From assembly GCA_965249575.1 (NCBI GenBank), contig OZ252244.1, positions 2,848,001-2,912,000 on the forward strand: 64,000 nucleotides of DNA, read 5' to 3'. This stretch comes from Gemmatimonadales bacterium (GTDB taxonomy: Bacteria; Gemmatimonadota; Gemmatimonadetes; Gemmatimonadales; GWC2-71-9). This document shows, one piece after another, positions 29,497-39,785 of this stretch (position 1 is its first letter; each line of letters starts with the position of its first letter). The notes under the pieces are model-generated. The model was given only the letters and a program-made list of their open reading frames with translations. It did no database searches and had not been told where the DNA came from. A program made the translations under genes and the position numbers.

Positions 29497-30301
29497 CCGG
29501 CCGGATCGTGGGAAACCGGCTCAGCGGGAACGTATCGACCGTGGCCGAGCGCTGCTGTGCGAGCATCCCCCCGTCCACGACGAGGGTCGCGCCCGTGATG
29601 TAGCGTGCGTCGTCGGTTGCCAGAAAGACCGTCGGTCCGGCGATCTCTTCCGCCGTACCGTACCGGCCGAGCGGGACGACTTTTCCGCGCTCCGCGGCCT
29701 CGTCGTCGCTGATTTCGTAAGTGCGGATCGCACCCGGCACGATGGCGTTCACTCGCACTCCGTAAGGCGCGAGGTCCAGAGCCATCGCGCGAGTCATAGC
29801 CTCGATTCCCCCTTTCGATGCGTCGTAGGCCACGTTGCCGCGGTGCGCCCGCGTGCCGCCACCGCTCGACATGCTGATGATGACCCCAGCCCGCTTTCGC
29901 ACCATGATGCCGGCGGCTCGGTGCGAGCACAGGAACCCGCCCTTCAGGTTTACGGAAAGTACGCGATCCCACCAGGCTTCGTCTCCCTCGAGGAAGTGCC
30001 GATCCGTCGCGATAAGCCCCGCGTTGTTCACCAGTGCGTCGACGGTACCGAACCGGTCGACCACTCGCTCGAACATGTCGTCGACTTGTGCCCGGTTCGA
30101 GACATCGGCAACGACACTCAGCGCCTGGCCCCCGGCCGAGGTAATTGCCCCGGCCGCGTTCTCCGCATTCGAGGCATGCACGTCGTTGACCACGACGCGC
30201 GCCCCCTCGCGGGCGAAACGTTCGGCCACGGCGCGGCCAATGCCGTGTCCGGCGCCGGTTACGAGCACCACCTTGCCCTCGAAGCGCAGCGTGCCTGACA
30301 C
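29489..30301 (-). CDS. Short-chain dehydrogenase/reductase
   Basis: GTG start after GGGGGAAGG; TGAGHGIG, NNAG, YDASK. Confidence 0.93.
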   Translation of the reverse strand: MSGTLRFEGKVVLVTGAGHGIGRAVAERFAREGARVVVNDVHASNAENAAGAITSAGGQALSVVADVSNRAQVDDMFERVVDRFGTVDALVNNAGLIATDRHFLEGDEAWWDRVLSVNLKGGFLCSHRAAGIMVRKRAGVIISMSSGGGTRAHRGNVAYDASKGGIEAMTRAMALDLAPYGVRVNAIVPGAIRTYEISDDEAAERGKVVPLGRYGTAEEIAGPTVFLATDDARYITGATLVVDGGMLAQQRSATVDTFPLSRFPTIRPDG

Positions 30302-30619
30302 CCTTCCCCCTATCTGCTGTCGTCTCAGTCCCATGGACGCTGGACAATGTAGCCACGTAGCCACGAATCCGGCGTCTACGTCACCGGAGCGCCCCGAGCC
30401 GGATTGGCCGCCCCGCCGCCCCTGTGAGCCCGTTTAGTGCCGATACGGCCCATTTCGGTGGGTTTTGTGCGCTGGGCCTGGGCGGGAGGGTGACATGGGG
30501 CACTGAAGCTGGGGGCCCAAAATGCCGATCCTATTGGCGACAAGTTGTGGCTCGAACGGCCCGCCTAACGCCGCGGCCCGTTCGACGTCAAACGGTACAG
30601 AAACTTTCTTGGAGGCGAG

Positions 30620-31249
30620 ATGCTCAGGAAGCTACTTGGATTCACGGCAATGGCGGCGCTGGTCACGGTGACCGGCTGCAGCGAAACCACGGGGGCCGAT
30701 GTCGGCCTGACCGCAGACGAAGCCGCGCTCTTGGCTGACGATTTCGTCGCCCTCGCGCTCGACGGCGTGGCGTCGGGACTTTCGGCGATTCCCAGCCCGG
30801 CTCCGGGCCTGGCATCGTCCAGCGCGCAGGCCGCCGCCCCACCGATTCAGTTTGACCGGTCGACCACCATTACGAGGGAATGCCCGGCCGGTGGATCGAT
30901 GACCATGGAAGGAACAGTGAGCGGGGCACTCGATGACGCGCGGTCCGGGACGCTGGCAGTCCAGCACACGCTCACCATCTCCGATTGCGGCAGGCAGCGC
31001 GAGGAAATCACGATCACGGCGAATACCGATCCTTCGATCGTGTTCAGCGGCGAGGTAGTCGTGGAGGGCCGCACCCGCGTGAGCGGTTCCTTTACGAAGA
31101 TCGGTGCCATCACCGTGGAGACCAGCGACGGGCGTTCCGGGCGCTGCGAGATCGATCTCGCGGTTACGTGGACGGCCGAGGATCACTGGACGGCGACCGG
31201 CACGGTTTGCGGCCGCGAGGTGACACGGGAACGCGATCGGGTGGCCTGA
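30620..31249 (+). CDS. Hypothetical lipoprotein
   Basis: GGAGG RBS; lipobox VTGC; beta-rich domain with paired Cys (CPAGG, VCG). Confidence 0.8.
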   Translation: MLRKLLGFTAMAALVTVTGCSETTGADVGLTADEAALLADDFVALALDGVASGLSAIPSPAPGLASSSAQAAAPPIQFDRSTTITRECPAGGSMTMEGTVSGALDDARSGTLAVQHTLTISDCGRQREEITITANTDPSIVFSGEVVVEGRTRVSGSFTKIGAITVETSDGRSGRCEIDLAVTWTAEDHWTATGTVCGREVTRERDRVA

Positions 31250-31405
31250 GCTCCCTTTCCACCATATCCCCCCGCCGCCTAGCGGTGAAGGGAATCCCGA
31301 GACCCCGACCTGATTCGGTCTTCTTGACCAGATCGCGTCGGGGTTCTTGGCGATCGTCCCACAACAGCGCCCCGGCGCTGGAGGTCCTCAGGCCTAGATT
31401 TGGGC

Positions 31406-32071
31406 ATGGAGCGCCCAACCAATGTGTCCGAGGGGGATCGCCCGGACGAGCGCCGCCGGTCACGGCATTCCACGGACTCCGCCCGAACGATTTTTCTTCT
31501 GTCCCCAGCCACGTGCAACGGACGCCGGGCGGATCTCCTATTGCGGGAGGCGGCGACATTTCCCCTGGCACGCGCTCTTCGTGCCCCTGGAGGAAGCGCG
31601 CTGGGGAAGACCTTTTCGTTTCTGAGTGGATTGTACTTCCGCGGAAAACTCGCGTACGGATCGGCTTTCGCCTACCCGCCCCCAGGAGTCCCCGGTGTGA
31701 TGATTATCACCCCGGGTCAGGGACTGCTGCCCGCGGAGGCGCGCATCTCCCTCGAGACTCTGCGAGAAATAGCCCGAGTTCCCGTGGAGCCGGGCGATGA
31801 CCGGTACCGGCGGCCTCTCGCGCGGGATGCCGCCTCCGTTGCTGAGAAGCTCCCGGCACTTGCCCGGGTGGTGCTTTTGGGAAGCATCGCTACTACGAAG
31901 TACGTCGAACCGCTATGCGAAGCGCTCGGCCGGCCCCTTCTCTATCCGCAGGCCTTTCGTGGTCGAGGGAGTTTGAGTCGCGGTGCGCTACTGCTCCGTG
32001 CCACCGAAAGGGGCCGTGAACTGCGCTACGCCGCGGTCGAGGACCCGGGCGCGTCCCCAGCCGTCATCTGA
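31406..32071 (+). CDS. Conserved hypothetical protein
   Basis: Protein-like motifs IFLLSPA, FLSGLYFRGKLAY, VLLGSIATTKY, RGSLSRGALLL. Start codon uncertain. Confidence 0.75.
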   Translation: MERPTNVSEGDRPDERRRSRHSTDSARTIFLLSPATCNGRRADLLLREAATFPLARALRAPGGSALGKTFSFLSGLYFRGKLAYGSAFAYPPPGVPGVMIITPGQGLLPAEARISLETLREIARVPVEPGDDRYRRPLARDAASVAEKLPALARVVLLGSIATTKYVEPLCEALGRPLLYPQAFRGRGSLSRGALLLRATERGRELRYAAVEDPGASPAVI

Positions 32072-32084
32072 GTTGGAGCCGCGG

Positions 32085-32521
32085 TCATCGGGGCCGCTCC
32101 GTCCGGGCCGTTTCACCGTCACGACCGAGCGCCGCGATCTTCTCGAGCCATTCCTTTGACGGTATCACGCACAAGAAACCGAGCGGGCCCTCACCGATGC
32201 TCTCGAACTGGTGCTGCTCGTTTTGCGCGATGTACACCACGTCACCGACCTTGAGCTCGTAAACTTCCCCACCCAAGACCAGCCGTGCCCGGCCTTCCAG
32301 GATGAAGACCCCGTGGTCGTGGAGGTGATGTTCGAAGGAGGTGTGCCCGCCCTCGGGGACCTCGAATAACGAATGCAGAAATGCCTGGCTCCATCCCGGG
32401 GGCCTGCGAGCACGTGGCGTCGGGTGCCCGCGGACGCCCCTTCACCTTCGTAGCGCTTGGCTTCGACGCCCTCCCACCGAAACACGCCACCTTCAACGAC
32501 TCGCTTGTGCACGCCTCCCAT
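32085..32521 (-). pseudogene. Cupin-domain protein with a 1-nt frameshift
   Basis: ...HFCIRY|FEVPEGGHTSFEHHLHDHGVFILEG...EQHQF. One T is missing in TAT-TTC at about 32365-32367. Confidence 0.85.
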
Positions 32522-32896
32522 ATCTGTCCCCCGTCGTATGAAACTCAGTACCGGACCGCCGTGGAGGTCCCGTACACTGATCCGCCAGTTCGCTCGAATT
32601 GGACCGTATGAGGTGTCATGCTCGGGCTCGGAACGAAGTCAGGCCGCTTCACGTGATCGAGTCCGGCGCCTCGATTTCAGCCAAGGGAAGATCCAAAGTG
32701 GTTCGGGTGGGTTGGTGGTTGCGTTGCAAGCAAGATAGGCCGGGGGCGGTAGACGCGTCTAGCGAGCGGTGGGTGCGGCCGAGTGCGGAGCCCGTCGATC
32801 CGCTGGCCCGCGTAGCCTTGCCACCCGGCCGGATATGTCATTCTGGAGCCGCTGCGTCGTCCGGGGTTCCTGCCCCTTGGAATCGGTGAGGAGATC

Positions 32897-34627
32897 ATGA
32901 CGTTGGGCTCTTGGCCACAATCCGTTGCAGATTTCTTCCGGCGACTCCGCCTCGACAGCATCAAGAGCAGGACCGTTCTGTTCGCGATCCTCGCGACCCT
33001 CATCCCGTCGCTGAGCACGGCCTGGATCTCGTATACCCAAAACTGGCGCGCTCTCACGGAGAAGATCACCGGAGAGCTCGTGAGCGTCAGCGCCCAAGCC
33101 GCGCGAGAAATGGATCTGTGGCTCAAGTTGCGCATTTACGATGTACGGGTATTCGCGAGTTCATACGAGGTTTCAGAGAACGTCGACGGCATCCTGCGTG
33201 GCAGGCGCCAAACGGTGGAAGCCGCAGCCGCGCTGGCCCGGTTGAAGGACTACCTCGGCTCCGTGCAGGATCGCTTCGTCGATTATCAAGAGCTCCTCGT
33301 TGTGGACCCCGAGGCCAGTCTGATCGCGACGGGCACCGGGGACAGCAGTGCGCTCAATCTGCCGGCCGACTGGCTCGGCGAGGTCCAACGCGATCAAGCC
33401 GTGTTGGGCGACGCGTACTGGGACGCGTCGGCCGGTAAGGCACTGGTCATGGTCGCCGTGCCGATCAAGGCGGCGGACGGGCGCTTCGTTGGCGCGCTGG
33501 CGGCAAAACTCGACCTCGGTGCCGTCGCTGGTATCCTGCAGAGTTTCTCGCCCGGAGCGTCCGGCCGGATCTATCTCGTCACCGGCGCCGGCGAGCTGGT
33601 GATCAGCTCCGAAGCAACCTCTGCGGGCTTCTTGAGTTCGGCGCTGAGCGACGCCGCCGCCCAGCGCCTGTTTGCCAACGAAGGTGTCGCGCTCGAGTAC
33701 GATGATCCCATGGGCACGAACGTCATCGGGATTCTGAAACAGGCGCCGCGGCTCGGATGGGCGGTCGTGGCGGAGGTCCCAGAGGCGGAAGCGTTCGCCC
33801 AAGTCAAACGCCTTAGGAATCTGACCGCGCTGCTGGTGTCGGGCTTGCTCTTGGGGATCGGGCTGATCGCCTACTGGCTCGGGCTGATGATTGTGCGTCC
33901 GCTGGACCGCCTGACGACGGGTGCTGGGGAGGTCGCCACCGGTGATTTGGCCGTGGATCTACCCATCGAGGGGGGCGGTGAGGTGGCAGACTTGACCAGA
34001 GTGTTCAATCATATGGTCGCCCGACTTCGAAAGGGCCGGCAGGAGCTCGACGCGACCAACGAGGCGTTGAGTCGGAAGAACGAGGAACTCGCACGACTCT
34101 CGGCTGTTGATGGCTTGACCGGACTCTACAACAGACGCCACGTCATGGAGACGTTGGCGAACGAGTCTCGGCGGGCCTTGCGGCTCCGCCACCCGTACGC
34201 GGTCCTCATGATCGATGTCGACCACCTCAAGAAATACACCGACAGCCACGGCCACCTGGCGGGCGACGAGGTGCTCACTCGGTGTGCGTCGGTGGCGCGC
34301 GAGTCAACGCGCGAGGTAGACTGCGCGGCTCGCTACGGGGGGGAAGAATTCTTGATCCTGCTTCCCGAGACCGCTCTGGACAGGGCGGCAGAGGTAGCCG
34401 AGCGTGTGCGAGCCCGCATGGAGAGCGAGACGTTCCAGGTGAATGGCAAGGTCAGTTCGGTGACACTGAGCCTAGGTGCGGCGGAGTTCCCCAAGGACGG
34501 GGATACGCCGGAGAAGGTTATTGCGAGCGCCGATGCCGCGCTGTATCGCGCGAAGCAGCGGGGTCGGAATCGCGTCGCCCGGACGACGCGGCAGCGGGCG
34601 AAGAAAGAAGCCGAGGGGAGCGCGTGA
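32897..34627 (+). CDS. Membrane diguanylate cyclase (TM-Cache-TM-HAMP-GGDEF)
   Basis: DGLTGLYNRR, I-site REVD, ARYGGEEF, ADAALYRAK. Confidence 0.92.
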   Translation: MTLGSWPQSVADFFRRLRLDSIKSRTVLFAILATLIPSLSTAWISYTQNWRALTEKITGELVSVSAQAAREMDLWLKLRIYDVRVFASSYEVSENVDGILRGRRQTVEAAAALARLKDYLGSVQDRFVDYQELLVVDPEASLIATGTGDSSALNLPADWLGEVQRDQAVLGDAYWDASAGKALVMVAVPIKAADGRFVGALAAKLDLGAVAGILQSFSPGASGRIYLVTGAGELVISSEATSAGFLSSALSDAAAQRLFANEGVALEYDDPMGTNVIGILKQAPRLGWAVVAEVPEAEAFAQVKRLRNLTALLVSGLLLGIGLIAYWLGLMIVRPLDRLTTGAGEVATGDLAVDLPIEGGGEVADLTRVFNHMVARLRKGRQELDATNEALSRKNEELARLSAVDGLTGLYNRRHVMETLANESRRALRLRHPYAVLMIDVDHLKKYTDSHGHLAGDEVLTRCASVARESTREVDCAARYGGEEFLILLPETALDRAAEVAERVRARMESETFQVNGKVSSVTLSLGAAEFPKDGDTPEKVIASADAALYRAKQRGRNRVARTTRQRAKKEAEGSA

Positions 34628-34661
34628 TCGCCAGAACCCCATTGGTCAGGATGGCGGCTCG

Positions 34662-35441
34662 CTAACGGCTCTCCACAAGGCTATGAAAGATCCACCCACC
34701 GCGCCCGTCGTCGTCACTCACGCGAACCCATTGCTCCATGAAGGAACGCCCAGTCAGGGCCGTGCCCTGGTCCAAGGTAAAGAGGACCTTGTGACGAAGG
34801 CTTGGGCCGTCGCGGACGTTGCTTCGGCGAACTACCTTGAGGGGTAGTGGCAGGGCGAAGAGCGTTTCGCCGGGACGCGTTGCCGATTCACCATTCTTCA
34901 AGCGCCCTTCGCCGGTCCTGGCGAGTGCCCGCGCCTGTGTCGCGAGATAGAGGGAACCTCCATAGTTCTGCTGGCTGAACTCCTGGGCGCTCGATTCGAG
35001 TAACCGCTGGGTCTGCGAGATCTCAGGGGCGGGCTCGTCCCCCGCCGCTCCCTTGAGAGCCTCGATCGCGATTTCCGCCTCGGCGATGCCCGAGGCTGCC
35101 TCCGCCCGAGTCGCCAGGCTCTGGAGCTTGGCCATGGCCCGCACAACCTCCTGCCTCGCTTCTTCGAGCCTGACTTGCAACTCCTCGACCTGCGCATCCT
35201 TCTCGAGGATGCGCAACGGCAAACCCGCTATCTGTTGCTCGAGCTCGGGATCTGTGACCACTATCGTGTCGACTTCGACCACCGGAGCTACGGCAACCGG
35301 CTCCTGAGCGGGCGTGGGGGCCTCGGGAGGAGGGCTCTTAGCCGCGCACGCGCCGAGCACTGCGCACGACGCCGCGAAGACGGGCAGCCGGTGGCGCCCC
35401 CAGGGGCCAAGTCCGTACCATGGTTTCGCAGACCCTTGCAT
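34662..35441 (-). CDS. Lipoprotein with coiled coil and C-terminal SH3b domain
   Basis: GGAGGGA RBS; lipobox LGAC; NVRDGPS...WVRV...GWI. Confidence 0.8.
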   Translation of the reverse strand: MQGSAKPWYGLGPWGRHRLPVFAASCAVLGACAAKSPPPEAPTPAQEPVAVAPVVEVDTIVVTDPELEQQIAGLPLRILEKDAQVEELQVRLEEARQEVVRAMAKLQSLATRAEAASGIAEAEIAIEALKGAAGDEPAPEISQTQRLLESSAQEFSQQNYGGSLYLATQARALARTGEGRLKNGESATRPGETLFALPLPLKVVRRSNVRDGPSLRHKVLFTLDQGTALTGRSFMEQWVRVSDDDGRGGWIFHSLVESR

Positions 35442-35497
35442 GTTCCCTCCGTCACGCGGGGGCAGGCGCCGAAACGGCGCTAAGGCGCTCGCTCGTC

Positions 35498-35947
35498 TCA
35501 AAACCACCTGCGCACCACTTTCTTGTACTCAGCGTACCGCCCGCCGAATCGACTCGAGAGTGCAGCCTCCTCGACCGCGATGAACCGGGCTTCGACCAAC
35601 CATACGAACACCGGAACGATCGCGAATGGGGTCAACGTGCCCAAGAGCATGCCCACCCCGAACAACACGAATACCATCCCGGAATACATTGGGTTCCGAC
35701 TGTAGGCGAACGGTCCGTCAACCACCAGGGCCGCCGATTCTTCGAACGGCTTGATGGTCGTGCCGCGACGATCGAACAACCTCGCTGCAACCGCGGCAAG
35801 CGCCACACCGGCGGCTACGGGAACCGCTCCCAAGTATCGCCACGGCGACCCGAGCACTCGGGTCACGGGAGCGAAGTGGTGGAGCTCTGTCATGACGATC
35901 ATGGCTCCCAAAAAATACACCGGGGGGTAAATTCTCCGCTTGCTCAT
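35498..35947 (-). CDS. Isoprenylcysteine carboxyl methyltransferase (ICMT/PEMT) family protein
   Basis: LVVDGPFAYSRNPMY, EEAAL...FG..Y..Y...VRRW. Confidence 0.9.
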   Translation of the reverse strand: MSKRRIYPPVYFLGAMIVMTELHHFAPVTRVLGSPWRYLGAVPVAAGVALAAVAARLFDRRGTTIKPFEESAALVVDGPFAYSRNPMYSGMVFVLFGVGMLLGTLTPFAIVPVFVWLVEARFIAVEEAALSSRFGGRYAEYKKVVRRWF

Positions 35948-36367
35948 GCGCCCAGTCTCCTGAGACGGCGATCGCACTCGGGGTGCCTCACGCCGCCGGC
36001 CGGACCGTTGCCCAGCGGTGACGGTGAGGGCTGGCTCGCTGATGTGAGTGGCCCCCGTGACGGGATTGTCGTCCAGCCCCTTCAATAATATGAGTGTCGG
36101 TAGCAGCCCGTGGGAACGGCTGTGTTCACATGCCGCCCGGTCCGTGTATCGGAAGGGATCGCCGGAGCCTGTTGTCACGTGTAAACAACTGTGAATGAAC
36201 GACTTAGGGTCGCATCACAAAGAGTGGACCAACCGCGGGCGTAACGCCTGTACGTCAGGGGTAAAGGCCGGTGGCGGCTGTGGCACACCGAAAGCCGCAC
36301 GGTAGCCCGGAACGTTTTATCTTGGAAGATAGAGCCCGAATTCGAGCACCAAGAGCGGGGGATCACG

Positions 36368-38069
36368 GTGGCGACTGTTTCGGAACTCAAGGCGCAAGCG
36401 CGCGTACTCGAGCAACAGGGTCAACTGTCCAAGGCGCTGGCGATCTACCAGCACATCCTCAAGCACATCGAGGGGACTCCCAGCCTGCTTCGAGAGCTCC
36501 CTCTTTACGTCAAGGCCGGCGATCTCCAGCTCAAACTGGATGAGCGGGATTCCGCAGTCGAAATGTACGAGCGGGCGGCCGAGCACTATGCGTCGCACGG
36601 GTCTGCGAAAAGCGTGATTGCCTTGTGCACGAAGGTGCTGCGGGCTGTCCCCAAGCGGACAGATGTGTACTTGCGCTTTGCCCGGTTGATGATGGAGCGC
36701 CAACATGTCGCGGCAGCCCGGGACGTACTCCTCGCCTATGCCGAAACCGCCAAGCTAGCGAAGACACACGATGCGCTGGAGCTCCTCGGCGACCGTCCAG
36801 ATGCAGAGGCGGTCCCAGTACTCGAGATGCTACTCGAGGCCGCGGCGCGGGATGAGCGGGCTGCGACCGAACGCACCGCCGAGCGGGTGTCGATTCAGCT
36901 CGCGCGCATACGTGACGAGCCAGAGCCTCCGGTTCAGGAGGCAATCCCGTCTCCTCCCGAGCGGGAACCCGAGGAACCCGAGGAACCCGAGGAACCCGAG
37001 GAGTCAGAGGAGCCTGACGAGGCCGTGTCGGACGATGCCGACAAGCCGGACGGCGCGGCCGCTGTCCGCGGCACGCCAAAACCCGTGGGGCCGGGGCCCG
37101 TTGGCGTGTTCGATCCCAACAAGCCGATTGCGACCCACGACGACGAGCTAGCCGGCGTTGGGGGGAGTGACTTGGGTCGGCGAGTGTCGGGGGCGTCGCG
37201 CGCTAGCCCTACCGACGCCGCCGATGCGCGAGGTTTCGAGCCGAGGGTACCGTCGCGCCGGCCGGCGTTTGCCCCCGATGCAGAGCACCATGGTGTCCTC
37301 ATCGAGGACGATGAAGGCGGCCGGAAGTCCCGCGGCTGGATGTGGGGTGCGGCGGCGACGGTCGTTGTGTTGGGTGGGGTGGGCCTCGTCTTCTCCGGAG
37401 TGATCCCGATCGGCGGGTCGGAGAGTCAGACAGCTTCGTTGCCGGTGCTGCCAGCCAGCCCGGCCTTGCCCCCAGCCGACAACGACAGCGCGGTTGCACC
37501 GGCCAGGCGTTGCCGCCGATACCGTGCCGTCGTTGGAGGGGGGCCAGGACACGCTGGTGGCCGCGCTGGGCGACACGGGCCTGTCGGTTGCGACGGTGGA
37601 TACGGCTCTGCGGCGAACCCCTGTTGCGATCCCGGATTCACTGGCAGCGCCCGCGCCGGCCGAGGCCCTTGCGAGGTTGCGGGACAGCCTTCCCCAACCA
37701 CTGGCTGCTGCGCCGGTGAACGTCGTTCCGACGCTTCCTACACCCCCATCGGTCCCGACGCCGGCGGGCGGTGGAGGCCGAATCATCATGGTGGATGGAC
37801 TCGAGGTCGATCATGTGAATCGGGGGGGTGGCGGCAGCTACCAAGTCGTCCAGATTCTCGATTCGGGAGAGCCGCTTACGCTGTCGGTTGGGCCGTTTGA
37901 TCCGGTGGTCGCGGCGGCAGGGGGCGTCGTTGTGACGAGCCTGCCGGGTGACACTTCCCTTGCAACACTTCCATTTGCTGGGAATACGGTCAGCGCGCGG
38001 GGAAGGGTGAATCCGGACACACTCGAAGTATTGCTTGGCCGCCTCGTACGGGGAACGTCCCCGAACTAG
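36368..38069 (+). CDS. TPR-like N-terminal domain, low-complexity linker, single TM and C-terminal domain; frameshifted near 37500
   Basis: Helical TPR-like N-terminus; TM WMWGAAATVVVLGGVGLVF. Protein-like sequence continues in the 37494-38069 frame. Confidence 0.7.
36965..37000 (+). repeat. Coding tandem repeat (GAACCCGAG)x4 encoding (EPE)n
   Basis: Four exact 9-bp copies in the acidic linker. Confidence 0.9.
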
Positions 38070-38318
38070 CCAGCTCCCGGGAAAAGGGGCGGAAAGGTGT
38101 CGGGAGTCGTCAGCTCGTCCTAGCGAATTCGCCCTCCGTCGGTGCCTTTGGCGCCGCAAACGCGGTGCGACGAAATGGCGGCCAATTACTAGCCGATCCC
38201 AAAAACCCACAACGACGTATACGGCCACGATGGCCCCCGGCTCCTTCTTGGCGACCCGAGGTATCTCCGGACCCGGAACGGCTTTGTGCGTGAAACCGCC
38301 GAGAGAGGAGGCCACGAC

Positions 38319-38951
38319 ATGACCGAAACAGCTGGGAGACCACCGGCCTGGTGGGGACGAGGGCTCCTCTTCGAGAACTGTAATTGCCAGATCATTTGCC
38401 CCGGCCACGTGCACTTCGATCAACTCTGCACTCATGATCGCTGCAGCGGGTACTGGGCGATTCGTTTCGACGAGGGCGAGTTCGACGGCACCCGGCTCGA
38501 CGGGTTGAGTGCTGTGATCGCTTACGACAGTCCTCAGCACATGATCGATGGGGACTGGACACAGGTGATCCTGGTTGATGTGGGGGCCTCGGCCGATCAG
38601 CGGCGGGCTATCGAGGCCATCCTCGAGGGGCGCGCGGGAGGGCCATGGGAGATTCTGGCTCGGTTCGTGGGGAAGCGTTTACCCACGCGCTACTTGCCCA
38701 TCCGGATAGAGGACGACGGGAGTCAGAAGTCGGTCAAAGTCGATGGTCTCCTCGACGGCACGATCGAGACCATACGGGGGCGGGACCGGTCGAAATCCGT
38801 GACGTTCGAGAACATGTTCAACCAGATCCACGCAAGCTCGCAGGTGATCGCGCATGGGGCGACCCAGTACGACGATGGTGAGATCGTCGTCAATACCGCG
38901 CGCACTCATGCACTATTCTCCCAATTCAACTGGCTGGTCACGTCTTCATGA
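38319..38951 (+). CDS. DUF1326 family protein
   Basis: AGGAGG RBS; ENCNCQIICPG...C, GASADQRRAIEAILEGRAGGPW. Confidence 0.88.
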   Translation: MTETAGRPPAWWGRGLLFENCNCQIICPGHVHFDQLCTHDRCSGYWAIRFDEGEFDGTRLDGLSAVIAYDSPQHMIDGDWTQVILVDVGASADQRRAIEAILEGRAGGPWEILARFVGKRLPTRYLPIRIEDDGSQKSVKVDGLLDGTIETIRGRDRSKSVTFENMFNQIHASSQVIAHGATQYDDGEIVVNTARTHALFSQFNWLVTSS

Positions 38952-39733
38952 CTGGCGTGGCGCTCCGAGGGGCGTCCGGGCGGATAGCGGAACGCTGGAG
39001 TCGGCTCGTCGTAAGTCTGGCAGCGGGGCTACTCATCGTGTCCGCGTGGTCGGTGCTCTTGTACAACCGATCATCGACCTCGCAAGAATGGTCCGGAGCG
39101 TTTTCACCCCACACCCCCGCCGCCGAGCCCCCGCTGCTGCTGCTGTCGTTCGCGATGTGGCTCCTGATGTCCGTGGCGATGATGCTTCCGCCGGTCATGC
39201 CCTGGATCCTGCTGTTCGAAACGGCGGGGCGGCGTCGCGGTCCACGGTCCGAGCCGTACGTCCCCGTAACGGCATTCGTTGGTGGGTACTTTGGAGTCTG
39301 GTCAGTTTACAGCTTGGGCGCGGCGGTCGTGCAAGTTACCCTGCCGACACTTGCCTGGCCGGACGCAGGTCTTGGCCGTCGCGCCGCGGGTCTGGTGCTC
39401 ATCGTCGCTGGCGCGTTCCAGTTCAGTCCTTACAAGGCCGCCTGCCTAGCGCACTGTCGCAGTCCCCTGGCCTTCTTTCTATCCCAGTGGCGTGACGGCC
39501 CGGTCGGCGCCTTCCAGATGGGTTTCCGGCACGGGCTCTTTTGCCTGGGTTGCTGTTGGGCTCTGATGTCGATCTCGCTCGCACTCGGCATGATGAATCT
39601 GGTGTGGATGGCCGTTCTCACGCTGGTGCTCTGTGTCGAAAAGATGGCTCCCAAGGGCCTCGAGGTTGGGAGGGTCGTGGGAACGGCTCTGGTGGGCTGG
39701 GGGGTGTGGTTCCTCCTGCGCGCGGCCGGCTAA
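38948..39733 (+). CDS. DUF2182 putative metal-binding membrane protein
   Basis: ATGA-coupled to DUF1326; WLLMSVAMMLP, KAACLAHCRSP, FCLGCCWALM, EK. Confidence 0.9.
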   Translation: MTGVALRGASGRIAERWSRLVVSLAAGLLIVSAWSVLLYNRSSTSQEWSGAFSPHTPAAEPPLLLLSFAMWLLMSVAMMLPPVMPWILLFETAGRRRGPRSEPYVPVTAFVGGYFGVWSVYSLGAAVVQVTLPTLAWPDAGLGRRAAGLVLIVAGAFQFSPYKAACLAHCRSPLAFFLSQWRDGPVGAFQMGFRHGLFCLGCCWALMSISLALGMMNLVWMAVLTLVLCVEKMAPKGLEVGRVVGTALVGWGVWFLLRAAG

Positions 39734-39785
39734 CACTCGGCCAAGCACCCGCGGTAGGTTCTTGGATCGGCCCAGGTCTCGCCAG

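Noticed and set aside
30553..30586. Inverted repeat upstream of the 30620 lipoprotein as an ncRNA
   Set aside because: A single short hairpin with no other supporting structure.
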